Position numbers and translations under genes: made by a program
Notes under the pieces: generated by a model
Database searches by the model: none
What the model was told of the DNA's origin: nothing
The model's input: the letters and a program-made list of their open reading frames with translations, nothing else
Assembly (NCBI RefSeq): GCF_001194135.2
Contig: NC_068985.1
Location: 43,613,888 to 43,677,887 of the forward strand
Length of the DNA stretch: 64,000 nt
Direction of reading: 5' to 3'
Source of the DNA: Octopus bimaculoides
Taxonomy: Eukaryota
Shown here: one piece after another, positions 36,823 through 51,250 of the stretch
How the letters are laid out: each line of letters opens with the position of its first letter
Position numbering within the stretch: position 1 is the first letter of the stretch

Positions 36823-37706
36823 TATATATATAAAAGAATACAAAAAATGGGACAAGAATGCAACAGGCAACAACAAAACATCCAGACAGTTGGATGATAC
36901 AAAAAGGGACATGAAAAAATGGACAGGTCATTTGGAGTTTTCTTTCGTCAGTTGAGTTCCAGATTATCTTTGCAGTTTCAGCTGGTTATACTCGAGCCTG
37001 CTCCAAGGAAAATCTAAGCTAAGAGCACTAGATTCCTTGGAAGAAAGCAGCGAATGTATACAAAAACAAGGGCAGAAAAAATGGAGAAATTGGTACACAA
37101 ATACAAATGTAAACAACGGGACATTAACAACAGGTGTCTTCTGACTAAGGACGAATTAAATTAAGCTGGCGTGTGTGGAAGTGAAAGCTCACAGCAGGGA
37201 CATAAGAGATGACAGGCATGGTAAGGAATATAGATGTTGCATGGATGGTAGTCAAACCAAGAAAGGAAGGTCAGGTTTGGTCGAACACCAGTCACATGGA
37301 AGGAGAAGAGAGAGGTAGAGGCAGAGGGATAGAAGAATTAGGGCGGGATGGAAAAAAAGAAAGAAAAGGGACAGAATGAAGTGAAAGAGGAGGGAAGGTG
37401 AGAATGAAGGGAAGGCCAGGATATGTGAGAGAAGTGTGGAAAGAACGTAGTAAGTGTGAAGGGGCTGAAAGAAAGAAAGAATGAAAGAATAAGAGAGTCG
37501 TACAAAATTTATATACACACACACATATATATATATATATACTTACATGTAAGAGACCAAAGGGTACATGCACCGCTATATGTATATAAAAAAGAAGACA
37601 AAAAATGGGACAAGAACGCAACAGGCGACAACAAAACATCCAGGCAGTTGGATGATACAAAAGGGGACATGAAAAAACAAGGACAGGTCATTCAGACTTT
37701 TCTTTC
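36823..37706 (-). mobile_element. Non-coding element bounded by ~120-bp direct repeats (probable Penelope pseudo-LTR unit)
   Basis: 36823-36946 and 37583-37706 are direct repeats; both outer ends abut (AT)n; minus strand CTGACGA-AAGAAAACTC-CAAA next to the repeat junction; CT-rich interior like the PLE 3' UTR at 9380-9700. Confidence 0.65.
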
Positions 37707-38449
37707 ATATATATATATTCATGCATACATTCTCTTAATATTACTAAGGCAAAGCTGGCAGAATCGTTAGCATGTCAGAAAAAATGCCTAGTGACATTTC
37801 ATCTGTCTTTATGTTCTGATATATTAAGACTGCTGTCTTCTCTTGGTTGTTATACTTATGTTTCAGCCATTGTATCCTCTGACCCTTATTTAAGTGCTCA
37901 TCATATTTGGTACTAAAATTATGGAATTCAGAGAATGTTACCAAGTACAACAGGCACCTGAAGAAGATTAGGAACATTGTGATGATAACAGTGAAGATGA
38001 AGATAGTAGTCTGAATATATCAGTGTATAACAAAAAAAGAAATGCAGACAAGACAAGCATAATAGTGATTTCTTTCTTAGGCACAAGAAAGGGTTTCTTT
38101 TTGTTTAATCATAAATTGACATAATTTGACCACATTTCTTTTAATGAAATTCATTAAGTTTGAAAGATAGGTAAAACATGGATATTAGCAGAATTTCCTT
38201 CAAGCACAGTTAAATTCATCCCTTCAGGGGATACTGTAAAACAGATAATTATTTTATTAGCTTATAATGTGAAGTCCAAAAACTGTGATAGATTTGTATT
38301 CTATTAAAAGAAATAGATGTTTTTTAACTTCTTAATACCATGCTAACCACACTAATAAATTCCATAACCCTTTGCTTTTGAAGTGGTAGTTGTAAAGTTA
38401 TCTCAGTGTGAACTTGTTGTAGTAGAATAACAAATAATAATGATTTTAA

Positions 38450-38615
38450 AGATGCACAGGGCTACAAGGGTAGGAGGGTATAATCAAGTAAATAAATCCT
38501 AGTAACTGACTGGTACTTATACATTGGCCTTTCACTGATGAAAAGGCAAAGCTGATCTTGGTAGAGTTTCAACTTTGAATGTAAAGAGAAGTAACTTAAA
38601 TACCACAAAGTATTT
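38450..38615 (-). mobile_element. SINE family B copy, degenerate (other fragments at 37743-37825+, 39960-40085+, 46015-46145-, 30030-30130-, 61210-61370-)
   Basis: ACTGGTACTTAT...TGAAAAGGCAAAGCTGATCTTGG block. Confidence 0.65.
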
Positions 38616-40538
38616 TTTTCCTACTACTTTATCACTCTACTACCCTTTCATAATAAATAGTAACAAATTGAATACTACAAAAAGCAGCAGTCAAGTAAAG
38701 ATTTTTTATGATAAATATTTTAAGATAACAGGAGAGGAAAAGCAACTAGTAGCTTATTGATTTGAGTCAACACAACACTGATTAACATTTATATTAGAAA
38801 AAACAGTATCCAAAAAAGTGAAAGAAAAACATCCACAAAGCTGTACCATTAAGTTCCTAATTATAAACTATCTCTGAAGATAATTCTAATTATGAATTAT
38901 ATGATAATTTGGCTATAAAATTCATCATCTTAAACATCAGTATGAAAGCAAACTTGACTCATTTCATAACAATTAGGAGTTCAAAAAAGGTTCAAAGAAC
39001 CATTTCCTTTTGTATGATTAAATTAGTAATAATAATCACATTTTGAAAAAGAAATTTACCAACAAACTGTTTTATAGTTAGTTGATTGAAAGAGAGAGAT
39101 AATTATAATGAATTGCAAAATGTAGACAAATATATGCAGACACTGATACGTATGAATTCAATAATTCTGTACTCCCCAATCAGAATTAGTGTACAGTTAA
39201 AATAGATAATAAATGAGCAAAAAATCCACAGTAATAAATATTAGTTTGTACTTTACAGCTAAATAACAATCAATTCTTTCTTATATGAACTTGTACATTG
39301 AGATCAAAAGATAAATTCTTAGACAACTTGATGTTTAAGATCAATGAATGATCTGACCATGAAAACTCATTGAAACAAGCTGTAGTAAGCTTAGCAATAT
39401 TAGTCACTTATTATTTGATAACATTATTCCATTTATCAAGGTCAACAAGATTTGATTATATCCAAGGAAATGTCATTTACTGATAAGAAAATCTACCATT
39501 TTTTATCACTCTCTTTCTACATCTAGATTATAATTACTGTAATTCTAAATTATTTAGTTTTATCTCACTCTTACTTAGACATACTTCTCATATATTGCTT
39601 TTTTGTTACAGTTCCTGAATTATAAACCCTTTTCTAAATGCAATATCAAATTCATATCTAAAGAACTGCACCAAACATTATTTATGATTCAATCTCAACA
39701 CGAATATAATCTCTAGGATCAAAAGAGGTTTATGTTGTCAAGACTCAATATTGTCAAGATATGTTGACTTGAGGAAATGTCTAATGTTTCAGTTAGTTCT
39801 TTTCTAAGGAACGGTTGTACTTCAATCATTAGATATTTATTATCCTTATGGCAATGTAATAATCTCAATCAATCATTCCACTATTTGAGGAGTGTCTAAT
39901 AGTTCATTGACACTTGTCCTCTTCCTCACACTAGCAAGTAATGATAAATACATGAATAAATTAGAAGGCAGCAACTTGTCAGTTGTTAGAGCATTGGATA
40001 GAATGCCTTGCAGCATTTGTTTTGGTTCTCTGAGCTCTGACTTCAAATACCATTGATGTCAACTTTACTTTTCACACCTCCAAGCTTATTACAGCAATAC
40101 TTGTAATAATGCTGGTGCCTGACAGAAGTGCCTATGATAACAAGCTGTATCAGCTTTAGCTTTTTTGTAAGACAACACTGGTGGTGTAGGGAGGGGAAGC
40201 ATCTATGTTATTTCATGAAAACGTTACCCAGACCAGCACCTTCAAAAGAAACATGTTAGGTGTAGGTATCTTAGGGCTTTCGTATGTCTTGTATGAGACA
40301 TGTGGAGGCTTTGGATATGTAAATGCAATACCAAAATATTGCAAAAATGTCCTAACATGCTGCAAATACTACAAATTATCTGGGAATGTAAATAGAGACT
40401 GTTGGCTTATTAGAATAAAGCCTGCATTTACAACTTTACTTTAGCAATTATCTTAGACTATTTATCTGTAGATTATCATGAACTAGCAGTAATACCTGTT
40501 GTTGATTGGGTAATTACTCTTACTGTTTCTTGAGCTGA

Positions 40539-41645
40539 GAAGCTAGAAAAATGAGTATATCATATAGAAGAATAGCTTTACGGAATCCAGGTGACTGCGA
40601 TGGCACTGAAAAGGCCACAGGTCAAGTGGAACATTCATTTGTCACTGTTCCTTTTGAGGTTTGACTAGGCAGTATGCTGACGGAAAATTGAAAAATTCAG
40701 TTTCAACGTGAATGAAGCTAGAAGAATAGCTATATCATATAGAAGAATAGCTTTACAGAATCCAGGTGACTGTGCGATGGCACTGAGAAGGCCACAGGTG
40801 AAATGGAAGACCCATTTGTCATAGTTTCTTTTGACATTTGAATAGGCCGTATGCCCAAGGAGAATTGAAAGATTCAGTTTTGAATCTGAACCAGGGTGAG
40901 ACTATGATTACAGATTTAGGCTTACTCATCCTGTATGTATGTATTAAATAAGAGAAAAATATGTAATAATTGAAGTAGAAAAAAAAAATGGATTTCATAT
41001 ATAAACTTTTGTTTGTTCTTCAAGTTGCAATCCAGCAACTTTTAGTGTTTGGCCCTGACTTTTATTAATGCTTATAGCAAAAGAAAGTGGGATTGGAAAC
41101 TTTAATGGCTTAGATTGGAATGGGACATTAGATGGTATACCTGGTATGCGAGGAATGAAGATGGTGTCACCTTTACCAAAATCAGTGAGAATATTTGTTT
41201 CAATGTAATTCCTCATAGGTTTGTGCACGATTAGTATCGTACCATTGCACAATTTTTGTTGAGACAAATTAGGCAATACCATAATAGGAAATATAGAAAA
41301 AGCATAATAGCTTCCCTTGAACCATTTACTTTCATTTTGGTGGACAAACAAATGAACAAACACACAAATGGACAGAATCTCTCTTCTATATATATAATAT
41401 AATATAATATAATAATAGATAGATACATATACATAATAGTTTCCCTTGAACCATTTACTTTCATTTTGGTGGACAAACAAACGAACAAATACACAAACGG
41501 ACAGAATCTCTCTTTTATATATATAGATAAGATATAAGATAAGATAAGAAGAAAAAGCATAAGTTTCCCTTGAACCATTTACTTTCATTTTGAAAGACAA
41601 ACAAATGAACAAACACACAAACAGACAGAATCTCTCTTTTATAGA
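40539..41645 (-). mobile_element. Non-autonomous Helitron with PIF1-like helicase fragment
   Basis: NLSQQKLCNGTILIV...IFIPRIPGIPSNVPF...FPIPLSFAISINKSQGQTLKVAG (about 41000-41285) is the RepHel helicase C-terminal motif set. 5' end A|TCTATAAAAGAGAG at 41645; CTAG-ending tandem units at the 3' side. Confidence 0.88.
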
Positions 41646-43899
41646 TAAAGAGGTGAAAAATCGTGTTATCTGGTTAGAAAAACTAGTGGTTCCAGAAAGC
41701 CAAAATCCTTAAAAATTGAAGATACTTGAGCATTTCAAAATATGAATTCCTCGTAGAAAATATTGAAATAATTGTTTTTTTTACTGTTGGGAACATTTTT
41801 GGTATTAATTTAATGTAAGAGTTTCTATTTGCACATTTTGAAATCTGGTTTTTCAAATTTTATGGAAAATATTTCTATTCTGTATTAGTCATTAAATGAT
41901 AAGTTTCATGAGTTTTAATTTGTTTTTAGTTCTCCTACCTTGATTTTTGAAGATGGGAATAATTGTGAAAGTTATTTAGACATACCTTGTGATTTTCTAA
42001 TTTGTAAATTGTCAAGAATGACCAAACTTTCATTTAGATCTTCTGCTTAATATCATCAATTCATTAATATAAAATATTATCTACTTCTATTGATTGTCAT
42101 TATCAGTAGTAACTGCATGTGAAAATCTCTTGTTTATCATCTTATAGATTTTCTATGCCAATCTCATTGTTATTCAGACTTGTAAATCTTTGGATCTTGA
42201 GTAACTTGTATTTCTCTAATTCTCATTTCATTGTTGTTGTTCCCTTTTGCAAGAAGTGTTTCTACTCTTAGTAGTTTCTTTCTTCAGACATCTGTCTTAT
42301 AGAACCGCTTCTAGCTGCTCTGATGGATGTAATTTCAATTCTTTTAAATCTTGAGTTGATTTGTTTTTAGGGCAGTTTCTCATTTGATTCTCTCAATCAC
42401 CGCCTTCTCTTTTGTAACTCTCAACAAACTTGATACTTGGGGCATGTTTTATTATTGGTTACTTGCCCTTTTGGGAGTGACTCCCAATGGAAATAAATAA
42501 AAATTCAAATTCATTTAATTTGAGATAAATAATAACTTGAACTATAAATTTTTATTATGGACTCATAGTTTTCAGTTTTTAATTTTGATGCATTTTCTCT
42601 ATACTGATGACTGTAACAACCATTAACAGTAGTTAAAAAAATTATAAAGTGATGTAAATTATGTTTACACTTATTTTCATTATTATGTTTGATAAACTTT
42701 CAAAATGAATTGTTAATACATAATTTTTTGTAGGAATGCTATAAAAAAGCTTATTGATTAAAAGAAAAAATATATAATTTATATTTATTTATTTAGAGCA
42801 AATTAAATATATATAAAAGAAGCAAGTTTATTTATTATTGTGTTACAAAAGAATAAACAGCTCTTTTCCCTAAATCAATATCTTGACATTTTCAAAGCTA
42901 TTTACAACAAGCTATATTGATATATTCTTAATTTATGTATAATTACTTTAGTTTTCAATGTGAGGAATTTCATTTCAATCATAAGTGAAACCAGCACAGT
43001 TTTTGCCAAGCTTTCCTTCATTCATTGGTTTAGATATTTTTACACAAAATATTTGAAATTGATTTCTTTACTTGTTTTTTCTGCATTTTATCTATTTAAC
43101 ATGTTCGATTCTTCAGGAATGTTGCACAAGAATCAGGAAACAGAAACGTAACCAGTAGCAACAGTGAAACAGTGTAGCAATTAAAAGTACTTTTATCTAA
43201 ATTGCTCTTTCAAACTAAAGGATAATTTAAGAAAATGCTGACAAGCTTTTAAGCTTTTAAATATTTAAATATTCTATGAAATTAAATTATGCATGAAACA
43301 GAGAATTGATTTTAACATTTCTAAGCTTCAATACTATAATACATTTCAGGAAACAAAGGAACAGTTTCAGAATTTTAAACCATAAATTATGTAGTATAAA
43401 AATTTTGTCTAGTTGTAATCATTCTTTATCTCCAGTTCCTTTCATCAACCATTTCCTTCTTTCACTCCCTTGTATCCCTGACTTTTGACTTTCTCAACAC
43501 TATCTACTCTCTCAGACTTTTCTATAATTCCTTCCCATTTATGTCTCAAATGACATTACCTCTCTTTTCTTCTTACAGCCAACTTTCCTCATTGCAATAC
43601 AACATATTGAATTTTCTTATATGATATAAAGATAAAAGATTATACCAAAGTATATAAAGTCAATTGATTAAACTAAGCTAAGTTTAGCCACTTCTACCAT
43701 GGAATATTGTGATTGAGGATCAATTTCTCAAACTGCTCTTTAATCACTATTCAAGTTTCACTCTACTGATATCATTTTCACAATTTAACTCTTCTTCAAT
43801 GAAATATTAATCATATTCCTTTTCCCTTCTTTCTTGACATGGGTCTGCAGACAATAAAGGAAGAGTTACTATTCATACAAACAGTCTTGTTTGTTTGGT

Positions 43900-44075
43900 A
43901 TCTTCTATGAAAGCATGCCTGGGTTGTTTGTTATCTGATAGACTCAGGGAAACAGGTGAGGGTTGGCAACAGGAGGTATCTGGCCAAAGAAAAAAAAACT
44001 GCCTCAATAAAATCTCATCTGACTCGTGTAAGCACGAAAAGGTAGATGTAAAATGATGATGAGGATGATGATGTT
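43900..44075 (+). mobile_element. SINE/RTE-type 3' tail ending in (GAT)n
   Basis: AAACAGGTGAGGGTTGGCAACAGGAGGTATCTGGCC, matching the tail at 54120-54220. Confidence 0.7.
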
Positions 44076-47000
44076 GATTATTTTGTAACCCAACTTATAC
44101 TGAAGCAATACTTTTTAAATAATCCAAGCAACATTATAAAAAGCAAACAAGTTAAAAAATTACATTTAGCACCTTGTACCATCAATATATTTACTCATTA
44201 GACAACTTAGTATGTCTCAATTTTGTGTTCATAAATGCATTTAAAGGATCTTTATAACCAACAAACTGGTTTGAATTAACTGGAAAATGTCACCTTGCTT
44301 AAGGTATTCTTGATAACTTGATCTCTTCAAGTGAATCATTTTCATTTTAGTAACAATAAAACTGTTATATTATTGATAAAAAAAACTGAAGGCATCAATA
44401 TTTTAAAATATTTTTTTAAATGTATAGTTCAAAGAGAAAACTAAATATACATAAAACTGTATAACTGCCAATATTTGCTAAACTGGCGCCATCATTTCTG
44501 TAGGTATCCTTGTATCCCATATTTATTTTACTTTTCTCATGTGAATTTTACCATAAGTGAAATTATATCCTAAGTAGTTTTCACTTGTCAATCATGTCAT
44601 TAAAGTACTTTAGTTAAATACTTTCTAAAGCCTTGATAAATTCATAATATTAGTATTTATCATTGTTCTTTTTTAATTTTGAAATCTTAATTGAAGTGAT
44701 TAAACAACACAAGGGCTACATTAGAATATCAAATATTAAATCCACTCAGTTATATACATGCAAATACAAACATAATGACAAATATATTCAACTTTGAGAT
44801 GAAGTACCTAAAACATACATATGAAGTACTAGAATAGAGCACCTTTAAAAATACATAAGTGAAGTAGTTAAAAGAACCCTCTACCGTTACTTTTGTTGTT
44901 AGTATACAAAGAAAAAGGTCTCAGACTGTTACAAGAGAGAGTACTGGGGAGAAATAAAAGTAGTTATATCTCATAATACATTGAGTTGTTGGATCGTCAC
45001 TAGAGAATTTATTTTCATGTTGTGACTCAAAGAGAGGATACACTGGGTATAGTCCACAGTATTGATTTGAGTGCACTATTGAAAATTAGTAAGACAATTT
45101 TATGGTGCTTCACTACTTCTCTACTGTAGTAAGCTGTATCTTTACATGGTATTGATTAATCTAGCGCAAGGTGATCTGAGACATTGAAAGTTAAGTAACA
45201 TTTGTATGGATACAATGCAATGTTAATACAGTAAGAATGATCAACCATTAGGTAGACTGGCAGCCTATCATTCTGGCCAGCTGTGGCTCTCATGAAAGAA
45301 ACAGGCTTAATGAATAGATATTTTTCTGTATTACAGAATATAAAGAGAATTAGTTAAGCATAACAAACTCTCAATTATTACTTTAGCCTAAATTTATCAA
45401 ATAATTTCTTTCTGGGGAGGGTAAATGACAAAACTATCAAGAAATTTAATAAAAACGTTTCTTTGAACTTGTTTTTATACGGTTTTAGACAATTTTCAAA
45501 ACTGATGCTTCATCTTATTTTTTTCCTTCAATATATCTAAAATATCAAGTTTAGTACCAAAGAAATTAACTGGGTACCAAAATCTAACTTACTTCTTATT
45601 TATATTTATTAATAAGGAAAGAAGAGATTTATTATAGGTGTATGTATATATTTTGTCAATGGAGTGTAAAAAATTAAAAGTTACAATAAATATTGTTTAT
45701 AAATTGAAGAAAACAAATGAAGAATCTTATATGAAACAATAAGAGAGTGGAGTGAAGAAATTCAGAGCAAACCGAGAAAATAAATATCTGACAAAGGACA
45801 GACATGAAATTAATAGATTTAATAAATAATGATTTTTTTACATTAAGTAAAAGCCCAATTTGTTTGAAAGATGAAAATAGTGAAATATTTTCTGATATAT
45901 ATCTTATCAAGCTATAAAGATTGAAAGACTAAGGTGAACTTGATGGCAATTCAACACCAAAATGAGAGACATTTAAATATTTGGTAGTTTTACAAATACA
46001 GATTTCTGATATCTGCACAAGGCAAAATAATTCTAGAAGAAGATTATAATTAATTGAATTGACCCTGGTACATGCCTGGTACTTATTTTCTGGTGGGATG
46101 GATGACAAAGTCATTCTTGGTAAAACTAAATACTGTAAGGCCATCACAACAATTCTCCTTAGTATAATATGCAAATACAACTAGCATATAATTTCAATGC
46201 ATACAGTAACACAATACAAGAAATTATGTAAAAATATTTTCTAGTATACAAAAGGAAGAATAATGGAAGCAACAGAAAGATAAGAAAATATTCTTCTGTT
46301 AAGTCATTCTAAATTTACAATGGTTCTATTTCAGTTTTAGGACCTTTCACTTAAATACTTAAATATTTCAAAATTATTATAAGTTCTAAAGAATACCCAA
46401 TCATTTACATTTGATCTGGAAAATCTTAAACAGAAAAATAAACCTTTAACAAAAAAACAAAGCAAAAATTGCATATTCTGATGTAGACATTTTGTTATCA
46501 TAGAGCAAAAAAACCCCCACTTAATTATACACAAACTCTTGCTCTATTTGGAGAATAAGTAAAAGGTACTTATTGAGAAAGATATCTATGATAGACTTGT
46601 CTCTTATACAGGAAGATATTGTCACCAACCCTATGAATTTTAGTAGTTTCAAGGTAATGAGAGAGTCTCTATACAATCACTGAGTTGGAGTCTGAAGAAT
46701 AGTGACTTCAGTGGTCTATGATAGAATTAAATATTTTTACTACTGAAGAGCATTGTACCATTTCGGTTATAGAATAAGGATCTGAGCAGCCCAGGTGGAA
46801 ACTGGAAATAACATTTACTGGTAAAGAGACTAAAAGAAAACTCATAAAAAATTACTGGAAAAGGAGAAATATTAAAATCAAAACTGATAACATAAACCCT
46901 CTTTGACAGAATGCAGTTTGAAAATCTGCCTTTATTTTCTGAATTGTGTAGGTTTGATATAGTATATCATCAGTTGTAAGTATATAATTATTTGTACATA

Positions 47001-48179
47001 TCCAGTCAATACATAAAAACACATTTTTTATAAAACTTATCACAGTTCTTCTAGATTTATATGGTTCTTTTGTATAAAACATGTTTTTACTAGAATTCAA
47101 AGTTTTGCCTGACACCTATTCAGCTAGAAAAATAAGTTGTCAGGTGAAACTTAAAGTCCCAGTCAAAATGAATTTTATAATAAATTTGGATCTACTTTCA
47201 GTATTGAATCTCACCATCAGTAAATGTTCTGTTGTTATTCTTATTGTTTTACTAATAACCTTAAATTAACACTACAGTTCTTAGGTATTAAGACCAATTT
47301 TTCATGTTTAAAACAACAGTTGTTTATACAAATAATGTATCTTAAGCATTTTAAGAACATGCACATGGATAAGTTTTAAATATCTATTCTACATCAGAGA
47401 GTAAATTATTCCAAAATACAAAACATTATCTGAAGATAGTCAACAACAGTTGAATGTATTTTAATTCTTAGTACAAGTGATATTCACCACTGTCACTAAA
47501 TCCTGAACTGCATTCAAATAGCATTGTTGTTTGGGGCCAAAAATGAGAATTAAGCACCCTTCTGAGTGAGAAACAAAGCTTAGCTTTATTTCAGAAAGAA
47601 TTGCCAAAAGATTTCCTGTTTGCATCATATGTGCTTATTTTTTTGTGTTTTATTGAATGAATTTCTTCAGATTTTTCTTCCTTTAACTGTTGAGCACAAT
47701 GACAGTTACGTGCTGAAGTAGAATTTGATGATATTAATATTTTATTTATCATTATTTATCTACTCATGATTTAATTAGAGAAAAAGAACTTGGTCTTGGA
47801 TAAAATATTTAGAGCGATATTTCTGTGTCCTCTATAAACACCACCTAAGTGATAATGAGATTAACTAATTTTGAGCTGGAGGGGAGTTATACAGTTGATA
47901 TTACAGCCATGCTTTCAGGAGTGAATGGTAAGGATTAAACCTGCCCACTTCAAAAAAAAAAAAAGAAAGAAAAAGACCCCCCCCCTCATAATTTACTGAT
48001 CTATTTTAAATGTAGTTTTTGCATATTGGTGTGTTTATGAAGAGAGTGTAATTATTTAAGTAAAAATATAAATGAGCTTAAAATAACAAAAGAAATATTT
48101 AATTCCTTTTTATTTCCCTCCATTAGTAACATAATATATTAATGTTTGTGATAATTGTGAAATTAGCAACAATAACTGA

Positions 48180-48632
48180 GATTAAGTGCTAGAAATAGAA
48201 GAGTATTAGATTAAATGGCAATATTTAGTCTTGTTCCTCTCTGTCCTCAGTGCAAGTTTTGCTGGGATTGACCTTGCTTTTCACTTTTTTTCAAAACATT
48301 AAAATAAATAAGAGAATTGATTTAATCAATTTCCTTAGTACAAATTGTAACATTAGGTTTTTGGAGTTACTTTGATTTTATGAACATATAAGGTTAATGA
48401 ATTTACTGACCAACAAATAAACTCTGTTGAAGATATTCTTTTCTACTCTAGGCACAAGGCCCGAAATTTTGGGGAAGGGGGCCAGTCAATTAAATTAACC
48501 CCAGTATGCAACTGGTACTTAATTTATTGACCTCGAAAGGATGAAAGGCAAAGTTGACCTCATAAATACAGACGAAATACCTCTAAGCATTTTTCCTGGT
48601 GTGCTAATGTTTCTGCAAGCTCACTATCTTGA
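48180..48632. mobile_element. Two family B SINEs tail-to-tail (about 48180-48300 +, 48438-48632 -)
   Basis: The second copy is close to consensus (GGCACAAGGCCCGAAATTTTGGGG...GAAAGGATGAAAGGCAAAGTTGACCTC); the first is very decayed. Confidence 0.65.
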
Positions 48633-49847
48633 AGATATTGAAGTATATGAAAGATTGCAGGAAGCTAAGCTTAATAAAGGACATGGTACAGAAGCATGAC
48701 TTTTTAGTAAGGCAACTTTCTCTCATTTTAGTGTTGGTGTCACAGTAAAACACACCCAGTATGCACTAAAGTGGCTGGTGATAAATGATGGATCCACCCA
48801 TAGAAACCATACAAAGATGGAACATACAAGCATGGTTCTGGTTCCCCAACCCATTTAAGAGGGAAGTAACTTTGAATCAGAACTGAATTAGACAATGACA
48901 ATTTGTTCAGCCCAAGAAAACATTTTGATGATGACAAAAAAAAAAGATTAGTCAAACTAAATAACATGAGGAACTAGCTCAGAATACTTGATTGTAATTG
49001 TTTAATACTTTTAATAAATGAAAACAAATACATTTTGATACTCTTTAACATTACTTTGTTTTCCAATCCATGGTATTGTATAGCAGGAATCTTCCAACAG
49101 GATAAACATTTAAGTCTGAACATATGCATATTTCCTATTGCTAACTGGAGAATCTTCACAGTATCTGCTTCATTATTTAGAAGATTATTTTATAAAATAA
49201 TTCTTGCATTTCTAATTGCAGTAATTATAGTAATGATTATGTTATCGAAGGCCTCTGTCAATCAGGTTTGACAATGTATTTGCACCAGGAAGATTTCCCT
49301 TTAGGGCACATACTTGGGAAAAGTGGTTTTTGAGAAGACCAACACTTGCCCATGTAACAAATCTCCTTCTTCCATGCCCTCAGTGGATAAAGCATGGCAC
49401 TGGTGTCCTCTAGGCAAACTTAGAAAGCAGAGCAAGGACAGATACTCTAAAGCATTTCAACCAATGCTCAACATTTCTGAAAATCCACCACACTCTACTA
49501 GTACTTTATTTTGTGGATAATAATATCCACAAAATGATGGAAGGCAAATGAATACAAAAAGCAGAAACATACTCCAAAAACAAAAAAGCAAACAAACAAA
49601 AGTAACCACATACACAGCATTTTGTTGAACACTGATGATTCAATCAATCTACCACCTCCAGTGATTATATTTCATCTATTCTTCCCATATATATTGATCT
49701 TATTCACTAATATTGTAAGTTTCAAAAAACTAAATAAACAAAGTACTAAAATTGACAGTTTCAAGCTTCCAAAATCAATAGTGAAGTGAAGAGAACAACA
49801 AACAAACAAAAAAGCTAAATGTACCATTTATAAACTTTGGGTTATAG

Positions 49848-49926
<79 letters not shown>

Positions 49927-49974
49927 AACGAAGCAACTAAGATACTAGCAAATNNNNNNNNNNNNNNNNNNNNN

Positions 49975-50016
<42 letters not shown>

Positions 50017-50026
50017 GTGAGAGAGA

Positions 50027-50059
<33 letters not shown>

Positions 50060-50384
50060 GAAACGAAGCAACTAAGATACTAGCAAATGAATGGATGGAG
50101 CAGAAACAGTTCATTCATTCATTACTAATTCATCTTTATATGTAAATTCTCTCACAATTGCAATATAAGAGAGTTAAATGTCATTGTATACATTGTGCTT
50201 GTGATAGAGAAATGATAATTTATTACAAACCACTGAGTACATCTCATACAAAACACTGACCAATGTACTTCCTACATGTTATTCATCTAAACAATAACAT
50301 TTGAAAAATTACTTGTTCTGTTATCTTCTTATACTGAAGATCTATCAAGTTCATTTATATATTTTGTAAATTTTAATTCATCCT

Positions 50385-51250
50385 TATCATTATCATTTAA
50401 TGGCCATCTTCCATCCTCACATGGTTTGGGTGGTTTGACAGGATTCAATGAGTTGGAGGATGGCATTGAGCTCCAATGTTTGCTTTGGCATGGTTTCTAT
50501 GGCTGAATGTCCATCCTCACCAACCACTTTATAGGGTGTACTGGGTGCTTTTGTTCATGACACTGACACAAAGGAGATGTTCAAGAATGGGGTTCTAGTA
50601 GAAAGGAAAGTGGCTTTAAGCTAGGTGAAAAGGGGCTAAAGTAGGATACAAGGATAGGCACAGGCATTTTGCTATAGAGGAGGTAGATGGCTACTCACTA
50701 GTATAAAAGGGTAGGTGGGAGTATTGAGAAAGAAAATGGAAGTGATGAGGTGTCAGAGCATAGTCTCAAGATACAAGAAGGTGAGCATAAGAAAGAATAT
50801 GGACAGAAGATTGGGAAGGGTTGGTGGATAATTCATAAGAGTGTGAGCAGAGTTTCAGATGCTTAAAAATTGGGGTAGAGGTAAAAGAAACGGTGTGTTA
50901 GAAGAGATGGGGTGATAAGTGGAAGCACAAGAAACATGGAGAGTAGCAGTATGATAAACCTGTTGACAGATCACAAAATTGAAGATGATGAGCGAGGTGG
51001 AAGAGTGGGGGAGGAGTAAAATAGACAGGGATATACTGTCACAGAAACAGATGTCAGATGTAGGTAAAGGTGAATATAGTGAGTGGGGGACAAAGTTGGG
51101 TTGGGGAGGTCACTGATGGCAGATATGAAAGGGTGTTAATAATGATACTAGAAATGAGAGGATGTTAACAAGGTATAGTAGACCTGAGATGTAGCTCAGA
51201 GAAGAGGGATAGATAACTGGAGGCACAGAAAGGTGTGATTGGTGAAAAAA
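50385..51250 (-). mobile_element. Old retroelement: family C-like tail plus purine-rich (plus-strand) body
   Basis: TTGGCATGGTTTCTATGGCTGAATG..CCAACCAC at about 50485-50530 is the reverse tail motif. Confidence 0.5.

Noticed and set aside
41296-41645. Regularly spaced repeats that could be read as a CRISPR-like array
   Set aside because: Units are about 120 nt with no unique spacers, there are no cas genes, the context is eukaryotic, and they are explained as Helitron 5' ends.
43430-43640. Strong plus-strand polypyrimidine tract with CAG (43577) suggesting an antisense gene
   Set aside because: No convincing coding frame, donor or partner exons follow.
49921-50088. Exact repeat of (GA)n-AGAAGAAACGAAGCAACTAAGATACTAGCAAAT on both sides of an N run
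   Set aside because: Typical false duplication at a scaffold gap.
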